Source: Candidatus Bathyarchaeota archaeon
Lineage (GTDB): Archaea; Thermoproteota; Bathyarchaeia; Bathyarchaeales; Bathycorpusculaceae
Direction: 5' to 3'
Assembly (NCBI GenBank): GCA_963775895.1
Contig: CAVZKL010000027.1
Coordinates: forward strand, 1 to 64,000
Length of the DNA stretch: 64,000 nt
The position numbers and the translations under genes are program-made. Positions 33,606-43,453 of this stretch are shown in pieces (the first letter of the stretch is position 1; each line of letters opens with the position of its first letter). The notes below the pieces were generated by a model, which saw only the letters and a program-made list of their open reading frames with translations, did not search any database and was not told the origin of the DNA.

Positions 33606-34523
33606 CTACTTGTTGTATTTCTCCCTAAGCTGTGGGATGGCCTCCGTCGCTATCCTCTCGAACATGGGCAGCTGCTCCTCACGGTAAGGATAGTAGAGTC
33701 CGAACTCGGTAATCCCCACCCCGATGAATTTCTGCACCATATCGACGAAGATTTCCTCTGATTCATAGTAGTTAATCAACCCACCACTCGTTCGAGCCTT
33801 CGTATCGAACATCAAGTAAGAACGACGAAGTGAGGAGGGGTCCCTCCCGATATCTGAACAGTATTTGTCAACAAGTTGGTTGCGTTTGCGCGTCTCATCC
33901 AGCTGTTCCTCTAGAGTGTTGGCTTGGCTGATTGAATTCCAAGTATCCGCGTATCGAGCCGCATACTTCATCATAATGATCCTCCATGCAGCAATGGTGA
34001 TGGGAGGACGAGGTTTCTGAATCGAACGCGGTTTCATCACGGCTCCCTCAACATTGTAATAGCGTCCTTTGTAGGTTGTGACCTCGTTTGACAACATTTG
34101 ATCCACGATCTCAACATACTCTTTGAAGCGTGCCACTCTTTCTTTGTTGCTCCAATTCGGGATACCCATCATGTCACAGGCAGGGTCGATTCGAAACCCC
34201 GTGCCCAAGCCCAGCTCCAGTCGACCGTTCGAAATGTGGTCGACCGTCAGGGCTTGACGGGCAAGGAGAGCAGGGTTCCGGAATGGAATCTGAGTCACCA
34301 ACGTTGCTAGTCGTATGTTGGTTGTTTCAGCAGCTACCGCAGCTAGGAGGGTCCATAGCTCAAACCAGGGGTCATTTGGGTTAGACCAATTTACAAAATG
34401 GTCTCCGGTCCCTGTGATATCGAAGCCTAACTCTTCAACGTGTTTAAAACGCTTAATCATCTCTTTCCAAGATGCGTTTGGCAATGGACCTGTGAAGAAT
34501 CTCAGCTTATGATTCAACTTCAT
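33606..34523 (-). CDS. LLM-class flavin/F420-dependent oxidoreductase
   Basis: GFD...DHF, LAAVAAETTNIRL, RNPALLA, DHISNGRLELGLG, PRPPI. Confidence 0.9.
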   Translation of the reverse strand: MKLNHKLRFFTGPLPNASWKEMIKRFKHVEELGFDITGTGDHFVNWSNPNDPWFELWTLLAAVAAETTNIRLATLVTQIPFRNPALLARQALTVDHISNGRLELGLGTGFRIDPACDMMGIPNWSNKERVARFKEYVEIVDQMLSNEVTTYKGRYYNVEGAVMKPRSIQKPRPPITIAAWRIIMMKYAARYADTWNSISQANTLEEQLDETRKRNQLVDKYCSDIGRDPSSLRRSYLMFDTKARTSGGLINYYESEEIFVDMVQKFIGVGITEFGLYYPYREEQLPMFERIATEAIPQLREKYNK

Positions 34524-34622
34524 ATTCTTCTCGATGTTTTTGTTATACACTTCTAAGGATAAGGGTTTGGGGTAAAGTTTTATCCAACCACACCAAATCA
34601 AAAAGACTGTGCGCGCGTCACT

Positions 34623-35420
34623 TCATACTCCTATCTTGAATAGTAATTGACTTAGAGTTTCAACCGTTACCCCAATGCTTTTCAGATAAGCCATCTGAAT
34701 TGTAAAGTCATCTGTCGTAACACTATATTCAGTTCCACTGTCCAATTGATGATAAACCAACGCTACTATCTCACTTCCACCAGCAGAATCCGTAATATTC
34801 TCAAAAATGTCAATGTTTGTCATGTTGGTGATTGTGTAAGCTGGAATTGCCCATCTGTCAAACTCAGTGTCATTTATGTCGAAACTTCCTTCCTCAACTG
34901 TTCTTGCTGAAAGATAATACTTAGCAACTTCATTCCTTACTGTATTGTTATCGAAACCTTCTCCCTCTGGATATATGAATAACTTTGAATCATAACCTTG
35001 TTCCTTGAGAACCTTCTGACTTTGCGAAAGTTCAAAATCTAGTTCAGCAGAAGACACATTGTTTAGATTTGGGTGTGTTACTGAATGACTTTCAATGTCA
35101 TTGCCTTTATCGAACAATTGCTTCACTTCGTCCCAAGTAACGTATGCTGGATATTCTCCATCAACATAACTTGTTACTATTCCGAATGTAGCTTTGAATC
35201 CAAAAGTATCAAGTATTTCAGACATATTCATTTGACTCTTCCAACCGTCATCAAAAAACAATATTACCACACTTTGATTATCATTTGGAATGTTTGGACT
35301 ATAGATTATGGCATCTAATGTAGAAGAAGGTAAAGTAATTACAAATTCGTAAGCTATGAATCCGAAAGTGACACAAAATATGAGAACGAACACTATTAAT
35401 AGATTATTCATGCTTCTCAT
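34623..35420 (-). CDS. Membrane-anchored polysaccharide deacetylase (NodB/CE4)
   Basis: N-terminal TM, FFDDG, SHSVTH, FIYPEG, LVYH. Confidence 0.9.
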   Translation of the reverse strand: MRSMNNLLIVFVLIFCVTFGFIAYEFVITLPSSTLDAIIYSPNIPNDNQSVVILFFDDGWKSQMNMSEILDTFGFKATFGIVTSYVDGEYPAYVTWDEVKQLFDKGNDIESHSVTHPNLNNVSSAELDFELSQSQKVLKEQGYDSKLFIYPEGEGFDNNTVRNEVAKYYLSARTVEEGSFDINDTEFDRWAIPAYTITNMTNIDIFENITDSAGGSEIVALVYHQLDSGTEYSVTTDDFTIQMAYLKSIGVTVETLSQLLFKIGV

Positions 35421-36571
35421 CCAGTATGCTCAGTCTTAGTTTCTCCCCATGACTTTGTAAAAGAAGAAAGAATGAAAACTAGTAACCAATGGTAAGAAAA
35501 AATATAATGTGCTGGAAGATATTTCAACAAACGCTTTCCATTATTCTTGATTAAAACAATCGACACTGCTACATAAACACTTAAAGATGAAATTAGCCAA
35601 ACAGCTACAGGAGGATACCAATATTTTATAGAATTTGTCAATATATAAACTGCCATCAAACAGTTTGAAGAATACCACGCAATGTTGTAAAATGGATGAA
35701 CCATATAAAGAAAATCAGCGAAGTTCATCTTTTCTCTAAAACGTTTTTTCATAACATTAAAATGACCTTTATTCCATCGTCTTCTCTGACGAAAAACTGT
35801 TGACCAAGTAGAAGGTTTTTCATCAAACGAAATTAGATTTGGAACATACATTATTTTTGCTTTTTCTTTTTCAAGTTTGCAGAATAAATCATAATCTTCT
35901 GTTAATTCGTGGTCCCATCCACCTACTTTTTCGATAAGTTTTTTTCTGAAGAATACTCCAGTACCTCCTAACGTGCAACTAATATTCCACGCATTTCTTC
36001 CTCCCCAATATATATGAGCAAACGCTTCGTATTCTAAACATTGAACTTTTGTTAGTATGTTAAAATTCTCGTTTGCTGTTTTGAGTTTTGACTGAATAGC
36101 GTCTGCATTTACTGGAGGCTCAAAATACTTAACGGCTCTTTCTAAATATGTGTTTGAATTGATTCTATTATCAGCATCCATTTCTAAAATCAAATCGCCC
36201 TTGGCATATTTTAATGCGTAATTTAATGGATATGTTTTACCACTTTTAGCTGTTTTAAGTGGTAGCACTCTAATTCTTGGATCTGAATATTTTAGAGCTA
36301 CTTCTTCAGTATTATCTTTACAATTATGAGGTATTACAATTATCTCAAAGTTCTTATATGTCTGAACGAGTAAGTCAGAAATGAGATTTCCTATGACTTT
36401 TCCTTCATTGTTTGCTGGTATAAAAACTGAAACCATTTTACTGCTTTCTGTTTTTTCATTTGTTTTGGGTGGATGATAGAATAAACTTGAAACAGCAAAA
36501 AACACCCACGTAAGTGCATACAATGCCATAAAAGAAGAAATTATGATTGAAAGTATAGAAACATCAATCAT
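35417..36571 (-). CDS. Processive GT2 synthase (IcaA/PgaC-like)
   Basis: MDADN, LGGTG, TED, QRRRW; one N-terminal and several C-terminal TM helices. Confidence 0.9.
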   Translation of the reverse strand: MIDVSILSIIISSFMALYALTWVFFAVSSLFYHPPKTNEKTESSKMVSVFIPANNEGKVIGNLISDLLVQTYKNFEIIVIPHNCKDNTEEVALKYSDPRIRVLPLKTAKSGKTYPLNYALKYAKGDLILEMDADNRINSNTYLERAVKYFEPPVNADAIQSKLKTANENFNILTKVQCLEYEAFAHIYWGGRNAWNISCTLGGTGVFFRKKLIEKVGGWDHELTEDYDLFCKLEKEKAKIMYVPNLISFDEKPSTWSTVFRQRRRWNKGHFNVMKKRFREKMNFADFLYMVHPFYNIAWYSSNCLMAVYILTNSIKYWYPPVAVWLISSLSVYVAVSIVLIKNNGKRLLKYLPAHYIFSYHWLLVFILSSFTKSWGETKTEHTG

Positions 36572-36951
36572 CCAATAACACCTACAGGCAAAGGCAAAGA
36601 AAATCCAATTGAAGACAAAAGCGTAGTTACGAGAATTGTAGAAACAGAGCTAGCAAACAAAAAAGTTAACAAAAAAAGAGCTAAGTCACTTAGATTTTCA
36701 ATGCCCAATTCTGATCGTAATGGTCTAGCATGTATCTTACTACGAGACAAAGTAACAAAAATCAAAAGAGTAACTATTATTCCTATAGGAGATGCTAGTG
36801 TCCTTGTAAAAACTACACCAACCATACTAGAAGCAATAATTATTAATATCCACACATAAAATTTCACTCTATAAGCGCGCGCTTTGGTTATTCCAGAAAC
36901 TGCTATAGAATATTTATTCTTCTTCTTGCGTAGAAACATTAAATGCACCAT
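36568..36951 (-). CDS. Small membrane protein (about 3 TM)
   Basis: Hydrophobic 127-aa ORF overlapping both neighbours. Confidence 0.65.
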   Translation of the reverse strand: MVHLMFLRKKKNKYSIAVSGITKARAYRVKFYVWILIIIASSMVGVVFTRTLASPIGIIVTLLIFVTLSRSKIHARPLRSELGIENLSDLALFLLTFLFASSVSTILVTTLLSSIGFSLPLPVGVIG

Positions 36952-37738
36952 TTTCTAGCGCGCGCGCCAAAAATTTCTTATATTCTTCATCTATGTTTAT
37001 CGCACCTTGAAGAATAGGTGAACTCATCATATGAAGAAGATAGCGAACATCTTTTGGAAGACATTCACCACCTATGCCTTTTCGTGCTTCAAGTATTTGC
37101 AAACTATAATCTTCCCTTTTTAGAGTATTACAAGCACGCCTAAGTTCTGCAAAAGAAACCTTACTTTTCTTACAAGCCATCAACAACGATTCTGCAAATG
37201 CAATTTGAACGAAACGATATGCATTCTCTGTCACTTTTGTCATTTCTGCAATTTCCAATGATGACAAAACTGTTATAGGAATGCCGAGACTTTCGTAAAA
37301 TCCTTTTCCTAATACTAAACTTTCATCATTTAGTGCTCCAAAAACTCTTTTTTGTACTACACCGTAGTTCTTTTGGTCGTATTGCCACCATCTATGTGGA
37401 CAAACAACTACATGATTAAACCCGTATTTGTTTGCCATTGCTCTTGCTGTACCAACTGATAAAGTAGATTCAAAACAAATAAGCGATTCTTTGTCTGCTA
37501 TTTTACTGCAAACTGAATCTACAGCAGACATATCGGGCTCATTATTCTTGAACCAAGTGTTTACTGCAATAATATAAACATCTGGGTCTTCTAATTTCAT
37601 TGAAGCTTTCAATCCCGCTTTGATGGCCGTCTCTATAGCGACACTAGATATATCACACCCATACGTTTCATAAAATTTAGAAACATGCAAAGCTACTGGC
37701 AACCCTATGTTTCCTAGTCCTATTACACAAACTTTCAT
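36914..37738 (-). CDS. Short nucleotide-sugar dehydrogenase lacking the C-terminal UDP-binding domain
   Basis: MKVCVIGLGNIGLP, ESTL, KVTENAYRFVQIAFAE, GIGGECLPKD. Confidence 0.85.
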   Translation of the reverse strand: MKVCVIGLGNIGLPVALHVSKFYETYGCDISSVAIETAIKAGLKASMKLEDPDVYIIAVNTWFKNNEPDMSAVDSVCSKIADKESLICFESTLSVGTARAMANKYGFNHVVVCPHRWWQYDQKNYGVVQKRVFGALNDESLVLGKGFYESLGIPITVLSSLEIAEMTKVTENAYRFVQIAFAESLLMACKKSKVSFAELRRACNTLKREDYSLQILEARKGIGGECLPKDVRYLLHMMSSPILQGAINIDEEYKKFLARALENGAFNVSTQEEE

Positions 37739-38146
37739 ATCGCGCGCGCAGGGTGTCATATACTCTGCGTCATGGGAACCTATTTGGCCTGATCCAATTA
37801 TGAGCATGTCAGATTTGCTAACGCTCAAGCCTTACGACCTCAGAATCCGTATACGGAATCTTGAGTCGTAATAAACGTTGTGCCAGCCCTGTCTTACACA
37901 ACTACACACACCGCGAAACGACCTTTTCATAGCGCGCTATTGGTCTTAGGTTTATTATGAGGGGTAAATTTTCGTTCTTTTTTGACCCTCGTAGCATCAA
38001 CTGACTATCCTGTCCTTTTCTGTTACACTGATATTCCGTGTGGTCGTCGTGGTCCGTGATCGTTCGTCGTTGGTTGGGGGTAAAGTTTTATCGCACGCGC
38101 GGTACATTTTTAACTGTCTTTCGTCCAATAGAGTGAAGGTGCGTTC

Positions 38147-38320
38147 ATGGACAAGTATGATGTCCTGTTCCTTTTTGGGGCTATCTTAGCACTGTGTGGT
38201 GCTATCTTGGCTGCACCCTTGCAGCTGCAAGGAGGCAATAATCCTGGAGTGGTGCTTCTGTTCGTGGGAATCATTGTGATGATTGTCGGCGTAGCTCTCA
38301 AGTTCACCAAAAAGCCATAG
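38147..38320 (+). CDS. 57-aa two-TM small protein
   Basis: Hand translation MDKYDVLFLFGAILALCGAILAAP...VVLLFVGIIVMIVGVALKFTKKP; GAAGGTG upstream. Confidence 0.6.
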   Translation: MDKYDVLFLFGAILALCGAILAAPLQLQGGNNPGVVLLFVGIIVMIVGVALKFTKKP

Positions 38321-38499
38321 TCAGGTTGTGGTTTACCTGTTGGGTTTGGTTCGATAAAACTTCACGTCAACCAACCAAAATGACGATGAATGCGGAAAAG
38401 TCATAGCTGAAACCGAAAATGGGGAAGTATCGTTCTGTAAATGAACCGAGTTATTGGATGTGGCCATAGTCTTAAATAGATCCCTGAAAGAGTGTTTTT

Positions 38500-38898
38500 T
38501 TGGCAAACATCATGAATTTGGCGAAACTGTTGTGGGTGTGTGCGTTTGCCTTTATGGTCTATCTATCGTTGTTGCTTCTCAGACTGTCTAGTGTCCTGGG
38601 AAGCGAGTTCGACATCTTGATGCGATCGGTTTCAGCTATTGACTTAATCTTGTTAGGAGTTTTTGTGGGAACACTCATCTCGCAAAAGCAGATTCGAGTT
38701 CGAGCGATGCTGTTACCCTCTCTCTTGTTTGTCCTAGGATTCTTAGCTGCTCCATTCGTTGGAATTGGAGTGCTGGTGCTGTTTGAAAACCTAGGTTTTG
38801 ACAATCCAGCGATGTTTGGAGTGAGTATCACAACCTACCTCTTTCTCTACATGGGACTATGGTTCTGGCTTAAAAAGAAGGGCATATTCAAGAGGTGA
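38500..38898 (+). CDS. Four-TM hypothetical membrane protein
   Basis: Hydrophobic segments, basic C-terminus, TTAAATA upstream. Confidence 0.6.
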   Translation: MANIMNLAKLLWVCAFAFMVYLSLLLLRLSSVLGSEFDILMRSVSAIDLILLGVFVGTLISQKQIRVRAMLLPSLLFVLGFLAAPFVGIGVLVLFENLGFDNPAMFGVSITTYLFLYMGLWFWLKKKGIFKR

Positions 38899-39102
38899 AA
38901 CACTTAAAAGCGCGTGCGAAGCTGGCAATGTGGCGATCGGATACGCGGCAGTTCTATGCATACACCAAATTGAACATAACGGCCACGTAGAAACTACTTA
39001 AACGCTGCTACATTCACCTCGAGCTAGGACAACGCGTGGAACCTGAATCTGAATTCGGTCTTCATAATCGAGATATCCCCCTCAACAGCAGACCCTCACC
39101 CT

Positions 39103-39468
39103 ATGGAATCAGAAACCGAGAAACCCGCGATTCAAATAGACGCGCAAAACAAACGGGAGACTCGTCCAAAAAACTTTGTGCTGTACGAGGAATTCAGCCA
39201 CAAAAACATTGCGGAAACCATCAAAATTCACAGAACCAAGTTCGAACGGGCAAACGCTGAAAAGAAGAACAGTCTCGAAGTCGAAGCCGACGACGAAGTA
39301 CAAGCCTTCCGCATCTGGCTCGAAGAAACCAAACACTTCCAACCCATCGAAGCCCACTACTACTCGATAAGCCTCAAAAGCCTACTCGTCGGCCTACCCA
39401 CAGGCATCAGCCTCGCACGCCTGTTCAACACAATCCTCGACAGACTCCCCACACCCGACGACGTTTAA
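39103..39468 (+). CDS. Hypothetical protein
   Basis: 121-aa ORF with consistent codon bias. Confidence 0.55.
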   Translation: MESETEKPAIQIDAQNKRETRPKNFVLYEEFSHKNIAETIKIHRTKFERANAEKKNSLEVEADDEVQAFRIWLEETKHFQPIEAHYYSISLKSLLVGLPTGISLARLFNTILDRLPTPDDV

Positions 39469-39482
39469 CACGCACACACCGG

Positions 39483-39533
39483 GCATATTTGGATCCTAAT
39501 ATTCATGATACATTGAAACCGAGGAGGGGGAGG
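39483..39533 (+). repeat. ~50-bp dispersed repeat, copy 1
   Basis: GCATATTTGGATCCTAATATTCATGATACATTGAAACCGAGGAGGGGGAGG; reverse complement at 60800-60849. Confidence 0.9.
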
Positions 39534-39597
39534 TACACAATAAGCTTTTTTCAGCGAATAAACAGCCTCCAACCCACACTCAAACCGCGCTAAAACC

Positions 39598-39936
39598 CTA
39601 ACCGGCTGCACTAATCCTTCTTATGCCTCTCCTTCTCATCCGCTTTTTCCCATGTTTCTTCCTGAAAAACCAAGGATAACGCTGCATATCCTCATAAATG
39701 GGTCTCGGCATGCGACCCGTGTAAACGTCCGGACGCCCCTCAGGGTTCACCAACGGATACTTCATCCTAGCATTCTTAATCGTGACCCAGTACACAAAAT
39801 ACACCGAAAACACGAAGGCAGCCACCGCCAACGCCAACGGCCAAATCAACCCAGCGTAAGCAAGACCACCCATCGGAAGCAAATACAAGAGAACGACAAA
39901 CAGGAAACCCAACCAGAACCTCGTCTTCCTGCGCAT
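39598..39936 (-). CDS. Small two-TM protein with basic tail
   Basis: MRRKTRFWLG..., two hydrophobic segments; start inferred from a GGTGGG RBS. Confidence 0.55.
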   Translation of the reverse strand: MRRKTRFWLGFLFVVLLYLLPMGGLAYAGLIWPLALAVAAFVFSVYFVYWVTIKNARMKYPLVNPEGRPDVYTGRMPRPIYEDMQRYPWFFRKKHGKKRMRRRGIRRISAAG

Positions 39937-40095
39937 CCCACCCACCAAAAACACAATGGAAACAACCAACTCTTACATCTTACGGTCAACACCCAAGCCC
40001 AGCTCTCCACACTCCACCGAGAAACAAACGAGAAGTTGTCAAAAAACAGAACCACCAAACAGCTTTGAATTGATTTTAAACCATTTTGACCGAAG

Positions 40096-40110
40096 GAAAA
40101 CCATATAAAT
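40096..40110 (+). promoter_or_regulatory. Putative BRE/TATA for the ribosomal operon
   Basis: GAAAACCATATAAAT about 45 nt upstream of the uL22 ATG. Confidence 0.5.
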
Positions 40111-40152
40111 CACCATACCGCTGTTGAATTGCACAACTGGAGAGTACATAGA

Positions 40153-40641
40153 ATGCCAAAATGGGGATACTCGATACCCGAAGAAAGGCTGGACCCCGAA
40201 AAAAGCGTGAAAGCCAGCGCACGCGAGATCAGAGTATCCCATAAAGCAGCCAGAGAAGTGTGCAAAGCCATAAAAGGAATGATGCTAACCCAGGCCAAAA
40301 AGTACCTCAACGACGTCATCGCCAAGAAAAAACCCGTGCCGTACAAACGCTTCACAAAAAAAGTCGGACACAGACACGGGTTGGAAAAGGCTTTCGCCGG
40401 CAGATACCCCGTGAAAGCCTCAAAACACATCCTCAAACTCCTCGAAGGCGCCGAAGCCAACGCTGAAAACAAAGGCTTAGACACAGACCGCATGCGCATC
40501 ATCCACGCGGCTTCTCATCAAGGCATGAAACAAAAACGTTTTCAACCCAGGGCCCAAGGAAGAGCAAGCCCCAGTTTTGAAACCCTAACACACGTGGAAG
40601 TGGCCCTCGAAGAAATGGGCGAGAAAGGAGAAGCCACGTAA
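40153..40641 (+). CDS. rpl22: 50S ribosomal protein uL22
   Basis: MPKWGYS, RVSHKAAREVC, GRYPVKA, PRAQGRA. Confidence 0.97.
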   Translation: MPKWGYSIPEERLDPEKSVKASAREIRVSHKAAREVCKAIKGMMLTQAKKYLNDVIAKKKPVPYKRFTKKVGHRHGLEKAFAGRYPVKASKHILKLLEGAEANAENKGLDTDRMRIIHAASHQGMKQKRFQPRAQGRASPSFETLTHVEVALEEMGEKGEAT

Positions 40642-41457
40642 TGTCAGTCGTCAAACACTTCATAACAGAATCCATCAAAAGAACAGAAATCGACGAGTAC
40701 CTGCAGAAAAAACTCGACAGAGCCGGCTACGGCGGCGTGAACATCTCAAAAACCCCGCTGGGAACCCACATCGTCATCTACGCGATGCGCCCCGGCATCG
40801 TCATAGGACGCGGCGGAGAAACCATAAGAGAACTCGCAACCTTTCTACAAGAACGATTCAACGTTTCAAACCCGCAGATCTCTGTTTCTGAAATAGAAGT
40901 TCCCGAACTAAACGCTTACGTCGTGGCATCACGCGTTGCCTCCGCCCTGCAGCGAGGAGTACACTTCAGACGCGCAGGCTTCTGGTCTCTGAACCAGGTC
41001 ATGGAGGCAGGCGCCTTAGGCGCCGAAATAGTCATCAGCGGAAAACTCAGAACCGAACGAGCAAGATTCGAGAAGTTCCGCGCCGGCTACCTAGTCAAGT
41101 GCGGCGAACCATCCCTCAAGTACATGCAGAAAGCCGAAGTCCACGTGCAACTCAAACCCGGCATGTTCGGAATAAGAGTCAGAATCATGCCGCCAGACGC
41201 CGTTTTTCCAGACAAACTGAAAATCGTCGAAACCGCACCACCCGACGAAGAACTCGCAGCGAAAGCGGCTGAAAAAGAAGCCAAAACAGAAGAAGTCGAG
41301 ACCGACGAAGAAGCGACCGAAGAAACAGTACAAGAAGAGACCCAACAGGCCGTAGAAGCCACGGAAACCGAAGCTACCAAACCTGAAACCGAAGAAGCCG
41401 AGGCCAAAGAACGCCGAACCCCAAGAACCCGAACAGAAAGAGGAGGACGACAAGTAA
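40641..41457 (+). CDS. rps3: 30S ribosomal protein uS3 with acidic tail; frameshift near 41408 creates an apparent fusion to uL29
   Basis: RAGYGG, RPGIVIGRGG, GAEIVISGKL; the alternative frame ends AEPQEPEQKEEDDK-TAA, overlapping the next ATG. Confidence 0.95.
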
Positions 41458-41693
41458 TGCCGATCATCCGAATCAAAGACATACGAAACCTCTCAGCGGA
41501 AGACAGAACCGCAAGACTCGAAGAAATGCGCACCGAACTCATGCGATTGAAAACCATGATCAAGGCAGGCGGAACGGTCGAAAACCCAGCGAGAATGAGA
41601 CAGCTGCGCAAGACAATCGCCAAGATACTCACGGTGGAACATGAAGAAAAGCTTGGAATAAGAACCAAGACAGAAAGGAAGAAAACCAAATGA
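41457..41693 (+). CDS. rpl29: 50S ribosomal protein uL29
   Basis: MPIIRIKDIR...ENPARMRQLRKTIAKILT. Confidence 0.93.
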   Translation: MPIIRIKDIRNLSAEDRTARLEEMRTELMRLKTMIKAGGTVENPARMRQLRKTIAKILTVEHEEKLGIRTKTERKKTK

Positions 41694-41971
41694 ACGTGAC
41701 CCCGGACATCGTTCGCCGCGAACTCATAGGAACACACGCAAAGATAAGCAAAAGCAGCCACCGAGGCAACGTAGGAATATCCGGAAAAATCTTGGACGAG
41801 ACGCGAAACACCTTCACGATCCTGCACAACGGAAGAACGAAAACAATCATAAAAAACACAAACGTTTTTCACTTCAAGTTTCACGATGACACCGTCGTTG
41901 AAATCGACGGAAAAATCCTCGTCGGAAGACCAGAAGACCGTCTCAAGAAGACCATCAGGAGACTATGGTAA
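41690..41971 (+). CDS. rnp1: Ribonuclease P protein component 1 (Rpp29)
   Basis: ELIG, GISGKILDETRNT, IDGKILVGRPEDR; canonical position. Confidence 0.95.
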   Translation: MNVTPDIVRRELIGTHAKISKSSHRGNVGISGKILDETRNTFTILHNGRTKTIIKNTNVFHFKFHDDTVVEIDGKILVGRPEDRLKKTIRRLW

Positions 41972-42288
41972 TGTCACTAACCTTCAAGAAACCAAAGAAA
42001 GCATGCGACGACATAAACTGCCCGTTTCACGGAGAACTACCCGTGAGAGGCCGCGTTTTTGAAGGAATCGTCGTGAGCGCGAAAATGGACAAAACCGTGG
42101 TTGTGGAACGCAACTACCTCCAGTACATATCGAAGTTTCACAGGTACGAGAGAAGACGCAGCCGAATTCCATCGCACAACCCACCATGCATAGACGCCAA
42201 AGAAGGCGACCGCGTGGTCATAGCCGAAACCCGCCCAGTCAGCAAGACAGTCTCGTTCGCCGTCGTCGAAAAAGTGGAGGAAAAATAG
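41965..42288 (+). CDS. rps17: 30S ribosomal protein uS17
   Basis: [25 protein letters not shown]. Confidence 0.97.
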   Translation: MVMSLTFKKPKKACDDINCPFHGELPVRGRVFEGIVVSAKMDKTVVVERNYLQYISKFHRYERRRSRIPSHNPPCIDAKEGDRVVIAETRPVSKTVSFAVVEKVEEK

Positions 42289-42289
42289 C

Positions 42290-42730
42290 ATGGCAGCCAA
42301 GGCGAAGGGAAGAGGACTCGTCGCAAAAGGAATGCTCGGACACGGAGTCAAACTGTCAAGGGGACTTCAACCCCCAGCCGTACTCAAATGCACCGACAAC
42401 ACCGGAGCCAGAAGGCTAAGACTGATTCAGGTGATGGGTTACAAGGGCAGACTGAGACGCTACCCCTCAGCAACGGTCGGCGACAAGATAACAGTGTCCG
42501 TACGCCAAGGAACGCCAGACATGAAGAAGAAAATATTCCAAGCCGTGATCGTCCGGCAGAGGAAACCTTTCAGAAGAATAGACGGCTCCTGGATCCAGTT
42601 CGAAGACAACGCAGCCGTCATAATCACTCCCGAAGGAGAAATGAAAGGATCAGAAATTCGCGGACCAGTCGCAAAAGAGGCAGCCGAAAGATGGCCCAGA
42701 ATAGCCAGCGCCTCAAGCATAATCGTATAA
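42290..42730 (+). CDS. rpl14: 50S ribosomal protein uL14
   Basis: [29 protein letters not shown]. Confidence 0.97.
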   Translation: MAAKAKGRGLVAKGMLGHGVKLSRGLQPPAVLKCTDNTGARRLRLIQVMGYKGRLRRYPSATVGDKITVSVRQGTPDMKKKIFQAVIVRQRKPFRRIDGSWIQFEDNAAVIITPEGEMKGSEIRGPVAKEAAERWPRIASASSIIV

Positions 42731-42743
42731 CGGTGAAAGAAGA

Positions 42744-43451
42744 ATGCAGACACACAGACCAGTGACGAAACCGACAAAACAAAGAAAAATGATCTACCAG
42801 GCTCCAGACCACGTGAGACACAAGCTCCTGGCCGCACATCTTTCACCCGAACTGAGAGCCTCACACCTCATAAGAAGCCTACCAGTCAGAACCGGAGACA
42901 CGGTTCGCGTCATGCGGGGAGACCACAAGAGCGTAGAAGGAAAAATCACGCGAGTGGACCTGAAGAAGTATCGAATATACGTTGAAGGACTGACACGCGA
43001 GAAAGTCGATGGAACAACCATTTTCGTTCCGATTCACGCTTCAAAAGTGATGATAACACGCCTAAATCTCGACGATAAATGGCGCAAAGAAATTCTGGAA
43101 ACGAAGCTCAAAGCGAAGAAACCAAAGCGAACCGAAGAGAAACCCAAACGCGCGAAAAAACCCGAAGAAAAGCCCATGGAAATCGAAGAACCGAAGAAAG
43201 TGATTGAAGAAAAACCACCAGAAGCCGTCGAAGAAGTCAAGGAAATCGTCGAGGAGAAACCAGCCAAGAAAGAGAAGGCTCCAAAGAAGGAAGTAGCAAA
43301 AGCCAAAAAACCAACGAGAAAGAAAACCGCTGAGAAAACCAAAACAAAGACCAAAGCAGAAGAAGCTGAGAAAGAAGAACAACCCAAAGAAAGGAAACCA
43401 AGGCGAACAACCAAGAAAACCGCGAAGAAAACCGTAGAGGAAGAAGAGTAA
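42744..43451 (+). CDS. rpl24: 50S ribosomal protein uL24 with long Lys/Glu C-terminal extension
   Basis: KPTKQRK, LSPELR, GDTVRVMRGD, IHASKV, then over 100 aa of K/E/P-rich tail. Confidence 0.95.
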   Translation: MQTHRPVTKPTKQRKMIYQAPDHVRHKLLAAHLSPELRASHLIRSLPVRTGDTVRVMRGDHKSVEGKITRVDLKKYRIYVEGLTREKVDGTTIFVPIHASKVMITRLNLDDKWRKEILETKLKAKKPKRTEEKPKRAKKPEEKPMEIEEPKKVIEEKPPEAVEEVKEIVEEKPAKKEKAPKKEVAKAKKPTRKKTAEKTKTKTKAEEAEKEEQPKERKPRRTTKKTAKKTVEEEE

Positions 43452-43453
43452 TC

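Noticed and set aside
39483-39533. CRISPR repeat, because it contains ATTGAAAC and a dyad
   Set aside because: Only two copies, 21 kb apart and inverted. Identity continues past ATTGAAAC, and there are no spacers or cas genes.
32002-39936. Classical integron cassette array
   Set aside because: Genes are in mixed orientations, and I saw no recurring attC RYYYAAC/GTTRRRY structure and no integrase.
40641-41693. Apparent uS3-uL29 fusion in the ORF track
   Set aside because: A 1-nt shift near 41408 restores an acidic uS3 tail ending EEDDK-TAA that overlaps the uL29 ATG (TAATG), the usual coupling. Most likely a sequence indel.
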